NCBI GenBank assembly: GCA_963759975.1
Contig: CAVXBS010000018.1
Coordinates: 495,798-559,797 of the forward strand
DNA: 64,000 bases
From: an uncultured Actinomycetota bacterium
Lineage (GTDB): Bacteria > Actinomycetota > Actinomycetes > Propionibacteriales > Nocardioidaceae
Direction: 5' to 3'
How positions within the stretch are numbered: the first letter of the stretch is position 1; each line of letters opens with the position of its first letter. The position numbers and the translations under genes were made by a program. Under the pieces are notes generated by a model. The model worked only from the letters and a program-made list of their open reading frames with translations. It did no database searches and was not told where the DNA came from. Positions 9,829-19,073 of this stretch are shown piece after piece.

Positions 9829-10970
9829 TCGATGCCGCCGTCGGGATCGTCCTTGTCGGACCCGTCCTTCAAGGGCTGGAACGGGCGCCGGCACGTCATA
9901 GTCGTCCGGCAGCCCGAGGCACCAGGGCCCATGGCCGACCTCGCCGAACTCCGGCGCGTCGGCCTCGGTGTAGGCGCTGCGCTGAGGCGCGCCCAGCTCG
10001 AGGGTCTGGTGGATGATGCCGTCGTTGAAGACGTTGTCGGCGTTGTCCCTCTGCCGATCGAGTCCCGACCAGCACGCACTTGAGCTCCGGGCGAGTACGT
10101 GTCAAGCAGCGCCAGCAGCGGCCGGCCGGACCGGGTCTGGGCGATCAGCGCGTCCTCGTTCTCCGCCAGCGTCACGCGGGTCGTGCGGGCGAGGCCGGTC
10201 AGGCTGCCGAGCGCCCGGTTGAGGTCACCCTGCTTCTGGGTGAGGGTGCGCGCGGTGACCGTCGCGTTGCGCAGGAGTCGGATCAGGTCGGGGGCGGCCA
10301 GGTCGTACGTGGTGGCCACCTGCGACAGCAGCTTGAGGTCGGTGCGCAGCGTCGGCAGCTCGACATTCATGCGGTTGAGGTAGTCATCGAGCGTCTCGAG
10401 CGTGTCGCCGAGCTGCTTGCCCTTGCCCTGCAGGGCGTGCGAGAGCGCGTAGAGCGTCGAGTTGAGGTCAGCGGGGCGCACGGAGCGCAGGAGCGGGAAG
10501 AGATTGGCGAGGATGCTCTGCAGCTCGACGTTCGTCGTGACCCGGTTGGCCGGGATGACCGAGCCGTCGCGCAGGGTGCCGCCGGCGGAGACGCCGGTCT
10601 TGGGCGGGATCAGCTCGAGGTAGTTCTGGCCGAAGAGCGTCGTCGGCAGGATCTGCACCGCCACGTCCCCGGGGATCGTCCGGGCCGCATCCGGCTTGAG
10701 CGACAGCGTGATCCTGGCCCGCTTGCCGTCGCTCTCGATGCCCTTGACGTAGCCCACGAGCGCGCCGTGGAGCCGGACGTCACCGAACCGGGCCAGCTGG
10801 AGTCCGGCGCGGTCGGCCATGACCGTGACATCGGTGCTCGACGTGAACTTCTTCTCGTACATCGCGATGCAGAGACCGATCAGCAGGCAGACCGACACGA
10901 GGTACGCGATCCCGGCGAACCACAGTCGGTGGTGTTCGCGCGGGGTGTCGTGGACGAGGCTCGCGAGCAT
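9825..10970 (-). CDS. mceA: MCE family protein A (compensating frameshifts near 3' end)
   Basis: DRAGLQL...DVRLHG...PTTLFGQNYL; first mce gene after the yrbE pair. Confidence 0.8.
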   Translation of the reverse strand: MLASLVHDTPREHHRLWFAGIAYLVSVCLLIGLCIAMYEKKFTSSTDVTVMADRAGLQLARFGDVRLHGALVGYVKGIESDGKRARITLSLKPDAARTIPGDVAVQILPTTLFGQNYLELIPPKTGVSAGGTLRDGSVIPANRVTTNVELQSILANLFPLLRSVRPADLNSTLYALSHALQGKGKQLGDTLETLDDYLNRMNVELPTLRTDLKLLSQVATTYDLAAPDLIRLLRNATVTARTLTQKQGDLNRALGSLTGLARTTRVTLAENEDALIAQTRSGRPLLALLDTYSPGAQVRAGRDSIGRGTTPTTSSTTASSTRPSSWARLSAAPTPRPTRRSSARSAMGPGASGCRTTMTCRRPFQPLKDGSDKDDPDGGIE

Positions 10971-10973
10971 CGG

Positions 10974-11813
10974 CTACCCCGTGATCCGCACGGTGGTCGT
11001 CGATCCCCAGATGGCGAAGCTCAGGAAGAAGTTGACGACGACGACCGTGACGATCGATGAGCGGATGGCGCGCCCGACGGCGACGCCCACGCCGGCCGGA
11101 CCGCCCGAGGCGGTGTAGCCGTAGTAGCAGTGGATCAAGATGATCAGGACGGCCAGGACGATCATCTTGCCGAACGACCAGAGGATGTCGACGGGCGGCA
11201 GGAACTGGCGGAAGTAGTGGTCGTACGTGCCGACGGACTCGCCGTAGACCATCGTGGTGATGAGCCGCGGCGAGAGGTACGACGCGAGCAGCGCGACCGT
11301 GTAGAGCGGGATCACCGAGACGAACCCCGCGATCATCCGGGTCGTCACCAGGAACGGGATCGAGGGCACGCCCATGACCTCGAGGGCGTCGATCTCCTCG
11401 GAGATCCGCATGGCGCCGAGCCGCGCGGTGTAGCCGCAGCCGACCGTGGCGGCCAGCGCGATCGAGGACACCAGCGGCGCCACCTCGCGGGTGTTGAAGT
11501 ACGCCGAGATGAACGCCGTGAACTTCGCGACGCCGATCTGGCTCAGCGAGGCGTAGCCCTGCAGCCCGACCTCGGTGCCGGCGAAGAACGCGAGGAAGGC
11601 GATGACGCCGACCGTGCCGGCGATGACGGACAGGGCGCCGACTCCGAAGACGACCTCCGCGAGGGTCTTGGCGACCTCCTTGCGGTAGCTGCGCAGCACG
11701 TGCGGGATCGAGCCCAGCGCCTTGGCGTAGAACAGCAGCTGGTCGCCCATGGTCTCCAGGCGGGTGCGCCCGGACTTGACGGCTGAGGTGCCGAGCTCGG
11801 TGAGAACGCTCAT
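10974..11813 (-). CDS. yrbEB: YrbE/MlaE permease B (SupB-like)
   Basis: LGAMRISEEIDALEVMGV; HCYYGYTASGGPAGVG. Confidence 0.9.
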   Translation of the reverse strand: MSVLTELGTSAVKSGRTRLETMGDQLLFYAKALGSIPHVLRSYRKEVAKTLAEVVFGVGALSVIAGTVGVIAFLAFFAGTEVGLQGYASLSQIGVAKFTAFISAYFNTREVAPLVSSIALAATVGCGYTARLGAMRISEEIDALEVMGVPSIPFLVTTRMIAGFVSVIPLYTVALLASYLSPRLITTMVYGESVGTYDHYFRQFLPPVDILWSFGKMIVLAVLIILIHCYYGYTASGGPAGVGVAVGRAIRSSIVTVVVVNFFLSFAIWGSTTTVRITG

Positions 11814-12586
11814 CACAGGCCTGCCTGGGGGACGAACTGGAAGTACAGCGCCGTGATGATCGAGTTGAGCAGGAACAGCAGCATGAACGAGAGGATGACC
11901 GACTCGTTGACCGCGCGGCCGACACCGGCAGGGCCGCCGCCGGCGTTGAGCCCCTTGTAGGACCCGACGATCGCCGCGAGGAAGCCGAACGTCGCCGCCT
12001 TGATCATGGAGACGTAGATGTCGGGCAGGGTCGCCAGCGCGGTGAACGAGGCGAGGAATGCGCCGGCGGACCCGCCCTGCACGATCACCGTGAAGTAGTA
12101 GCCGCCCGCGATGCCGGCCGTGATCACGATGCCGTTCATGAGCATCGCCACCGTGACGGTCGCCAGCGCTCGAGGCACGACGAGACGCGCGATCGGGTCG
12201 ATGCCCAGGGTCTCCATCGCATCGATCTCCTCGCGCATCTTGCGCGCGCCGAGGTCCGAGCAGATCGCCGAGCCGGCCGCACCCGCGATGATGAGGGCCG
12301 CGGCGATGGGCGCTGCCTCTCGCACCGTGGCGAGCACCGCGGTGGCACCGGCGAAGGACTGGGCACCGAGCTGGCCGGTGAGGTTGCCGACCTGGAGCGC
12401 GATGACCGCGCCGAACGGGATCGACACCAGGATCGTCGGCATCAGCGTGACGCTGGCGACGAACCAGGCCTGCTCGACGAACTCGCGCAGCTGGAAGCGG
12501 GTCGTGAAGGTCAGCTTGGCGACGTCCCACGACATCGCGGCGACCTGGCCGGGGCCGCGCACCACCGAGGCAAGACTCAGGCCCAT
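11813..12586 (-). CDS. yrbEA: YrbE/MlaE permease A (SupA-like)
   Basis: SDLGARKMREEIDAMETLGIDP; GGPAGVGRAVN. Confidence 0.9.
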   Translation of the reverse strand: MGLSLASVVRGPGQVAAMSWDVAKLTFTTRFQLREFVEQAWFVASVTLMPTILVSIPFGAVIALQVGNLTGQLGAQSFAGATAVLATVREAAPIAAALIIAGAAGSAICSDLGARKMREEIDAMETLGIDPIARLVVPRALATVTVAMLMNGIVITAGIAGGYYFTVIVQGGSAGAFLASFTALATLPDIYVSMIKAATFGFLAAIVGSYKGLNAGGGPAGVGRAVNESVILSFMLLFLLNSIITALYFQFVPQAGL

Positions 12587-14172
12587 GTCTCCTCCTGGTG
12601 GCCATCGACTCCGCTGCGACGGGACCCTGGCGGGGCAACGTGTGTCATGTCGGCGGCCGGCGTGACTTCAGAAGAGTAACGACCCGGTGTGATCTGCGTT
12701 ACGTTTTCAGGGGTTCTGGTGGCCGCGTGCCGCCCGGCACGACGGCCGAAAAACGAGGCCTCGCCGAGCTGGGTGCCCGACGCATAGCCACGCCCGTCGA
12801 CCGCGATGTTGGAGGCGCAGGCGCCCGCGGCGTACAGGCCGTCGACGGCCGACCGGTCCTCACGAAGGACGCGACCGTCGGGATCGACGGCAAGGCCACC
12901 GCACGTGAACCCCGAGTAGAAGGCGTGTCCGGGCGTCAGGTCGTACGCACCGTAGGGCGGGACGTCGAGCGGCACCAGATACTCAGCGGCCTTGTGGAAC
13001 GCCGGATCTTCGCCGTCGCGAGCTGCCGCGTTGTAGTCGTCGAGCGTGCGGGCCAACGAGCCGGCCGGCACGCCGAGCCCGACCTCCATCTCGGCGATCG
13101 TCTCCCATCCGTCGACCAGCGGCTGCAGCCCGTATGCCGGCTCGGCCATCTGCGCCGAGTCCAGGATCAGCCACGCCTTCTGGTCGGGCTGGTCGAAGAC
13201 GAAGGCCGACGTACGGGAGTGATAGGAGTCCTCCGCGACGAATCGCTCGCCGCGACTGTTGACGCAGATCCCCGACACCAGGTGGCCGGGCGGGTAGAAC
13301 GGGGCCGTCAGGAACGCGCCGTCCATGTGCTCGGTCACGCCACCGACCGACTCACCGAGCCGGATGCCGAGACCGTCGTCGTACGTGTTGCCGAGCGCCA
13401 TCCCGCGGGCCAGGAGCGCCTCGAGGGGCGGCGCGAACGCGTGCACCATCTCCGGGTTCATGACGAAGCCCCCGGCGGCGATGACGACGGCGCCGGCACG
13501 CACGGCGCCGGTCTCGCCGAAGCGTTTCCAGGTCACCCCGACCACACGCTCGCCCTGGGTCACGAGCGCGGTCGCGCCGGTGTCGAAGCGGACCTCGACA
13601 CCGAGCTCGTCGAGCTTGTCGAGTGCGAGGTCGAGCACGAGTGCGCCGCCGCCGGAGTCACCCACGACCGGGGGCTGGTGCCCACGCGGCGCCGGCTTCG
13701 CGATGTCGTGGAACGGCCACACCTTCTCGTTGCCGGTGAACATCACGCCCTGGGTGCCCGGTGCCATGACGCTCTTGTCGGGATAGAACGAGCGCTCGAA
13801 CTCAAAGCCGAGCGACTCGAGCCAGCCGAAGTGCTCGACACTGCCCTCGCTGTAGAGCCGGATCTTCTCCGGGTCGCAGTCGGGCGAGACCGCCTGCAGG
13901 TATGCGGCCATCTCCTCGGGAGTGTCCTCGTAGCCCGAGACCTGCTGCACCGGGGTGCCGCCGCCGAGGTAGAAGTGGCCTCCGGCCATCGCGCTGGTGC
14001 ACGACAGCCGTCCACCGCGGTCGAGGACCAGGACCCGAGCGCCGGACGTCGCCGCCTCGATCGCAGCGGCGGTGCCGGCCATGCCGGCGCCGATCACGAG
14101 CACGTCGACCTCGTCGGACCACGACGCGACCTCGTCGGCCGGCACCTGGTCCGGAATCTCCATCGCGGTCAT
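12577..14172 (-). CDS. FAD-dependent oxidoreductase, 3-ketosteroid Delta4-(5alpha)-dehydrogenase-like (Rv1817-like); 3' end uncertain
   Basis: WSDEVDVLVIGAG FAD motif, AGGHFYLGGGT, RFVAEDSYH, GLYAAG, YASGTQLG. Confidence 0.75.
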   Translation of the reverse strand: MTAMEIPDQVPADEVASWSDEVDVLVIGAGMAGTAAAIEAATSGARVLVLDRGGRLSCTSAMAGGHFYLGGGTPVQQVSGYEDTPEEMAAYLQAVSPDCDPEKIRLYSEGSVEHFGWLESLGFEFERSFYPDKSVMAPGTQGVMFTGNEKVWPFHDIAKPAPRGHQPPVVGDSGGGALVLDLALDKLDELGVEVRFDTGATALVTQGERVVGVTWKRFGETGAVRAGAVVIAAGGFVMNPEMVHAFAPPLEALLARGMALGNTYDDGLGIRLGESVGGVTEHMDGAFLTAPFYPPGHLVSGICVNSRGERFVAEDSYHSRTSAFVFDQPDQKAWLILDSAQMAEPAYGLQPLVDGWETIAEMEVGLGVPAGSLARTLDDYNAAARDGEDPAFHKAAEYLVPLDVPPYGAYDLTPGHAFYSGFTCGGLAVDPDGRVLREDRSAVDGLYAAGACASNIAVDGRGYASGTQLGEASFFGRRAGRHAATRTPENVTQITPGRYSSEVTPAADMTHVAPPGSRRSGVDGHQEETWA

Positions 14173-15227
14173 GAGTACGTCACCCGGACCTTCTCGGAGG
14201 CCGGCTCGCTCTGGCACCCGAGGCGTATGCCATCTGCGAGGTCCTCGTCCTCGAGCACGTCGTTGGCGCGCATCGTGACCTCACCCTCGAGCACGCGGAT
14301 CGCGCAGGCCGAGCACTCGCCCTCGCGGCAGGAGTAGGGCGCCTTCACGCCCTTGCTCTCCAGGTGCTCCAGGAGCGTCGTGCCGGGTAGCCAGTCGTCG
14401 TACTCGTAGTCGACGCCGTCGAGCTCGACCTGCAGGCGCACCTGCGGGCCCGCCGGAGCGGCGGCTGGCTCGTCCTCGTCGGCTCCTGGCTCGCGCTCGG
14501 CGGCGGTCTCGAACGGGTTGCCACCCAGGGAGACGAACTTCTCCTGGTGGCGGCGGTCCCGGGGGAACTCCAGCTCCTTCAGTGCGGCCACGGTCGCCGC
14601 CATGAACGGCGCCGGCCCGCACACGAATGCGTCACGTTCGACGTACTGGGCAGCGAACGCGCGCAGCTGGTCCTGCGAGGGCAGGCCCTGCACGGACTCG
14701 AGCCAGTGGACGACCTGCAGGCGGTCGGGGTGCTCGGCGGCGAGCTCCTTGAGCGCTGCGCCGAAGATCACCGAGCGCTCGTCGCGGTTGGCGTAGAACA
14801 GCACGATGCGGCCCGAGCCGCGGGCCAAGGACGTACGGATGATCGACATCACGGGGGTGATGCCGCTGCCGCCGGCGAACAGCAACAGGTCGGCGTCGAG
14901 GTCCTTGGGCGTGAAGATGCCGCTCGGCGGAAGCACCCGGAGCCGGTCACCGGGCCGGAGCTCGGAGCAGATCCAGCCCGAGGCGTAGCCGTCGGGCGTG
15001 CGCTTGACCGTGATCGTCAGCGGGCCGTCCTCGGCCGGCTGCGACGAGAGGGAATAGCTGCGCGCCACCAGGCCGGTCCGGTCGCTCGGCACGGCGACGG
15101 TGAGGAACTGCCCCGGCGTGTAGGCGAAGTGCTCCCGGTGCTCGCCCGGGTCGAGGACGACCGAGCGCGCGTCGCCGGTCTCCTCGATGACGTCGAGCAC
15201 CTCGAGCTCGAAGGAACTCTCACTCAT
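14169..15227 (-). CDS. kshB: 3-ketosteroid 9alpha-hydroxylase reductase subunit
   Basis: RSYSLSS, GGSGITP, CGP, C-terminal 2Fe-2S CREGECSAC...C. Confidence 0.9.
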   Translation of the reverse strand: MSESSFELEVLDVIEETGDARSVVLDPGEHREHFAYTPGQFLTVAVPSDRTGLVARSYSLSSQPAEDGPLTITVKRTPDGYASGWICSELRPGDRLRVLPPSGIFTPKDLDADLLLFAGGSGITPVMSIIRTSLARGSGRIVLFYANRDERSVIFGAALKELAAEHPDRLQVVHWLESVQGLPSQDQLRAFAAQYVERDAFVCGPAPFMAATVAALKELEFPRDRRHQEKFVSLGGNPFETAAEREPGADEDEPAAAPAGPQVRLQVELDGVDYEYDDWLPGTTLLEHLESKGVKAPYSCREGECSACAIRVLEGEVTMRANDVLEDEDLADGIRLGCQSEPASEKVRVTYS

Positions 15228-15555
15228 GGGAGGTGCGGCCCCGGTCCAGTCCGACCGGGTCGACTCCTGCGCCGACCGTGACCATGCCCTCACTCACGGC
15301 GTACTCGATCGACGCCAGCAGCTGCGGGCAGGCCGAGTGGACCGGCCGGCCGTCATCCTGCTGGTCGAGCTCGGAGAAGACCGCGCAGGTCTCGACGGCT
15401 TCGCGGGTCCACTGGATCGAGGTGTGGTGCTCGCTGTTCTTGCGCACCATGACCTGCGCCTGGCACTGCCGGCAGGTGACGTCCGACAGGTTGCCCCGGG
15501 TGTAGAGCTCCCGGTCCTCGAGCGTCTCCGCCCGGGTCGGGACGATGTACGTCAT
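15220..15555 (-). CDS. Small Cys-rich protein, Rv3527-like
   Basis: 111 aa; VTCRQC...RKNSEHHTSIQW...C...CPQL; overlaps kshA stop and kshB start. Confidence 0.7.
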   Translation of the reverse strand: MTYIVPTRAETLEDRELYTRGNLSDVTCRQCQAQVMVRKNSEHHTSIQWTREAVETCAVFSELDQQDDGRPVHSACPQLLASIEYAVSEGMVTVGAGVDPVGLDRGRTSHE

Positions 15556-16716
15556 CAGGCGTCCGCCGTCTTGCCGATGCTTTCGAGCAGAGTGCGGTCC
15601 TCCGCCGCCTTGCGGGCGAGGTTCTCGGCGACCTCGGCGCGCCAGTTCTCGTTGGCCTTGGTCGTGTCGACCTCGAACTCGAAGCGCTCCACCATCTCGG
15701 GCTCGACATCGGCCTTGTCGACGTAGAACTGCTCGTACCAGCGGCGCAGCTGGTAGACCGGGCCGTCCTCCTCGCACAGCAGCGGGTTCTGCACCGGTGC
15801 TTTGTTCTGCCAGATGGCGACGTCCTGCAAGAACCCCTGCTCGAACGTCTCGGCGTACTTGTCGCCGATGTACTTCGCCGTGGCCTCGTCGACGCCTTCC
15901 GGCTTCTCGACGCACAGGCCGTACTGCAGGTTGAACGAGTTGGGGCCGGTCGGGATGTGGCAGTTGATCAAGATGACCTTGGTCAGGAAGCCCTTGTAGT
16001 CGGTGTCGAGCCAGTTGATCATGTAGGACGGCCCGAAGTAGGTCGCCTCCGACTTGAGCACGAGGTCCTCGTCGCCATAGCCCTCGGCCTTCATGTCCGG
16101 GCGGCCGGTCGACTCCATGAACTGGGTCGCCTTGTCGCCCTCGAAGACGTTGCGGAAGTTCGTGGGGAACGCGAAGTGGATGTAGAAGAAGTGCGCCATG
16201 TCGACGACGTTGTCGATGATCTCGCGACAGTGGGCGTTGTCGACCTCGATGACGTTCCAGGTCCATTCGGTGTACGCGTCGGTGCCGACGCCTTCGAGCT
16301 CGGGCGGCAGCGCGTCCAGGTCGGCCGGGCTGCCCTCGGGGTCGTGCCAGATCATCAGCATGCCGTTGCGGACGACGCTCTCGTAGCGCTGCGTCCGGGC
16401 CCGCAAGCGGGACGCGTTTGGCGTACGGGATGGCCTTGCACTTGCCGTCGCCGCCCCAGCGCCAGTCGTGGAACGGGCAGGCGATCTCGTCGCCCTTGAC
16501 GGTGCCCTGCGTCAGGTCGCCGCCCATGTGCCGGCAGTAGCCGTCGAGGACGTGCAGGTCACCCTCGGAGTCGCTCCACACCACGAGCTTGCCACCGAAC
16601 GCCTGCACCGAGTGCGGCTTGCCGTCGGTGAACTCACGCTCGAGGCCCAGGCAGTGCCAACCACGGGCGAATCGCTCCGGGACGGTGCCGGTGTCGAGAA
16701 CGCGGGTCTCACTCAC
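15555..16716 (-). CDS. kshA: 3-ketosteroid 9alpha-hydroxylase oxygenase subunit (frameshift near 16410)
   Basis: RFARGWHCLG, Rieske CRHMG...CPFH, DNVVDMAHFFYIH, QDVAIW, EEDGPVYQLRRWY. Confidence 0.92.
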
Positions 16717-16752
16717 GATTGCCTCCGATTGCGGTCCACTGTGGACCAAAAC

Positions 16753-16766
16753 GAGAACACGTTATA
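16753..16766. promoter_or_regulatory. KstR operator between divergent kshA and fadE26
   Basis: GAGAACACGTTATA, one mismatch to consensus. Confidence 0.75.
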
Positions 16767-16776
16767 GTTTTACCAC

Positions 16777-17961
16777 ATGTACGTCGCCCTGACAGCCGAC
16801 CAGCTTCGCCTTCGTGACGAGCTGAAGGGCTACTTTTCCGAGCTGGTCACCCCTGAGCGCCGCGCCGCCCTCGCCGCCTCTTCCGGAGAGTTTGGCGACG
16901 CCACGGTCTACAAGGACGTGATCCGCCAGCTCGGCGCCGACGGCTGGCTCGGCATGGGCTGGCCCGAGGAGTGGGGCGGGCAGAACCGCTCGATGGTCGA
17001 CGAGCTGATCTTCACCAATGTCGCAGCCGTCGCCGGGGTGCCGATCCCCTATCTGACGCTCAACACGGTCGGTCCGACGATCATGAAGTACGGCACCCAG
17101 GAGCAGAAGGAGTACTTCCTCCCCCGGATCGTCCAAGGTGAGCTGCACTTCTCGATCGGCTACTCGGAGCCGGGCTCCGGCACGGACCTGGCCTCGCTGC
17201 GTACGCGCGCCGAGCTCGACGAGTCGACCGGCGAGTGGGTCGTCAACGGGCAGAAGATGTGGACCTCGCTGATCCAGTACGCCGACTGGATCTGGATGGC
17301 GTGCCGCACCGATCCAGACCTGCCCCGGCACAAGGGCCTGTCGATGATCCTCGTGCCGGCCGACGCCGAAGGCTTCTCCTACACGCCGGTGCACACCATC
17401 GCCGGCGTCGGCACGAGCGCCACCTACTACGACAACGTCCGGGTGCCGGCGGACAACCTCATCGGCGGGCGCGGCGGCGGCTGGGCCCTGATCACCAACC
17501 AGCTCAACCGCGAGCGCGTGGCGCTCACCTCCTCGGCACCCCTCGTCCACTCGATCGAGCTCGTCACCGACTGGGCCCGGCAGACCAAGGACGCCAACGG
17601 CGCACGTGTGATCGACCAGCAGTGGGTGCAGATCCTGCTGGGCCGGGCCCAGGCGCGTACCGAGGCGTTGACCCTGATGGGCTGGAAGCTCGCCACCGAG
17701 ATCGACACCCTCTCGCCCGCCGACGCTTCGGCCATCAAGGTCTACGGATCCGAGCTGGCGATCGAGGTCTACCGCTCCCTGATGGAGGTCGTCGGGCCCG
17801 CCGCCGGCATCGCGGCCGACTCGGCCGGCGCCGTGCTCGGCGGCAGGCTCGAGCGCTACTTCCGCTCGTCGCTCGTCATGACGTTCGGCGGCGGCACGAA
17901 CGAGATCCAGCGGGACATCATCGGCTACGTCGGACTCGGCCTGCCGGCCGCACAACGCTGA
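16777..17961 (+). CDS. fadE26: Acyl-CoA dehydrogenase FadE26/ChsE4
   Basis: 394 aa; FSIGYSEPGSGTDLASL, GQKMWTSL, TFGGGTNEIQRD. Confidence 0.88.
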   Translation: MYVALTADQLRLRDELKGYFSELVTPERRAALAASSGEFGDATVYKDVIRQLGADGWLGMGWPEEWGGQNRSMVDELIFTNVAAVAGVPIPYLTLNTVGPTIMKYGTQEQKEYFLPRIVQGELHFSIGYSEPGSGTDLASLRTRAELDESTGEWVVNGQKMWTSLIQYADWIWMACRTDPDLPRHKGLSMILVPADAEGFSYTPVHTIAGVGTSATYYDNVRVPADNLIGGRGGGWALITNQLNRERVALTSSAPLVHSIELVTDWARQTKDANGARVIDQQWVQILLGRAQARTEALTLMGWKLATEIDTLSPADASAIKVYGSELAIEVYRSLMEVVGPAAGIAADSAGAVLGGRLERYFRSSLVMTFGGGTNEIQRDIIGYVGLGLPAAQR

Positions 17962-17987
17962 ATTCACGAACACCGATAGGGACTCCC

Positions 17988-19073
17988 ATGGACTTCACCT
18001 TCTCTCCCGAGGCCGACGACGCCGCTGCCCTGGCGGCGACGATCCTGGGCGACCACACCAACCCCGCCCGGCTGGCGGAGGTCGAGGCCGCGGGCAACCG
18101 CTTCGATCCCGCGCTCTGGACCGCGCTGCGCGGCGCAGGACTGCTGACCCTCACGACACCCGAGGCGCACGACGGCGCGGGGCTCGGCTTCGTCGAGCTG
18201 TGCCGCGTGCTCGTCGAGGCGGGCCGCACGGTCGCCCCGGTGCCGTTGGCTCCGGACTCCGTCGCGCGGCTGTGGCTCGGTGAGCACGGCAGCGACGAGC
18301 AGCAGCGCATGGGGTTCGCGTCCGACGTGCTGAGCTGCGCGATCGCCGAGGAGCACGATCACGCCCCGACGACACCGACGACCACCGCGGCCGAGGACGG
18401 CGGCACGTACGTGCTGACCGGCACGAAGTACCTGGTCCCCGCCGGCACCGCCGCCGCCGCCTTCCTGGTGACCGCGACGACGACCGACGGGCCCGCGGTC
18501 TTCCTCGTCGACGTCAACGAGGTGGGCGTCCGCGAGCAGCACCTCAGTGACGGCGACGTCGCCGGCCTGATCGAGCTCGAGGGCGTACGGGTCGCCGCCG
18601 GCCGGCGGATCGGCGACTCCGCGGCTGCGCAGCGCCTTCTGGACCTGCTGACCGTGGCCTCGTGCGCGGTGCAACTCGGCATCACCGAGGGCGCCGTCGC
18701 GCTGACCGCCGAGTACGCCACGACGCGCGAGCAGTTCGACCGGCCCGTCGCCACGTTCCAGGCCGTCTCGCAACGGCTGGCCGACGGCTACATCGACACC
18801 CGGTTCCTGGCGCTCACGGTGTGGCAGGCCGCGTGGCGGCTCGCCGAGCACCTGCCCGCCGAGGAGGCCGTCGCCACGGCCAAGCTCTGGGCCGCCGATG
18901 CCGGCCACCGCATCGCGCACACGACGGTGCACATCCACGGCGGTGTCGGCGTCGATCTCGATGGGGTGGCGCACCGCTACTTCACCGCGGCCACGCGCCA
19001 CGAGTTCCAGTACGGCGGCGCGACGGAGCAGGCGCTGCGCCTCGGCCGGCGCCTCGCAGCCGAGCCCGCGTGA
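17988..19073 (+). CDS. fadE27: Acyl-CoA dehydrogenase FadE27/ChsE5
   Basis: MDFTF start; REQFDRPVATFQAV; HIHGGVGVD; partner of fadE26. Confidence 0.85.
   Translation: MDFTFSPEADDAAALAATILGDHTNPARLAEVEAAGNRFDPALWTALRGAGLLTLTTPEAHDGAGLGFVELCRVLVEAGRTVAPVPLAPDSVARLWLGEHGSDEQQRMGFASDVLSCAIAEEHDHAPTTPTTTAAEDGGTYVLTGTKYLVPAGTAAAAFLVTATTTDGPAVFLVDVNEVGVREQHLSDGDVAGLIELEGVRVAAGRRIGDSAAAQRLLDLLTVASCAVQLGITEGAVALTAEYATTREQFDRPVATFQAVSQRLADGYIDTRFLALTVWQAAWRLAEHLPAEEAVATAKLWAADAGHRIAHTTVHIHGGVGVDLDGVAHRYFTAATRHEFQYGGATEQALRLGRRLAAEPA

Noticed and set aside
3598-10970. Pseudogenised mce operon
   Set aside because: All genes are full length with intact motifs and start/stop overlaps; assembly error is more parsimonious
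12577-14172. KstD (Delta1-dehydrogenase)
   Set aside because: Sequence features resemble the Delta4-(5alpha)/Rv1817 type; kstD, hsaABCD and kstR were not found in this window
746-14337. Long plus-strand ORFs antisense to real genes (e.g. 2207-4141, 12598-14337), and similar shadows elsewhere
   Set aside because: Typical stop-poor shadow frames of high-GC DNA with no recognisable motifs
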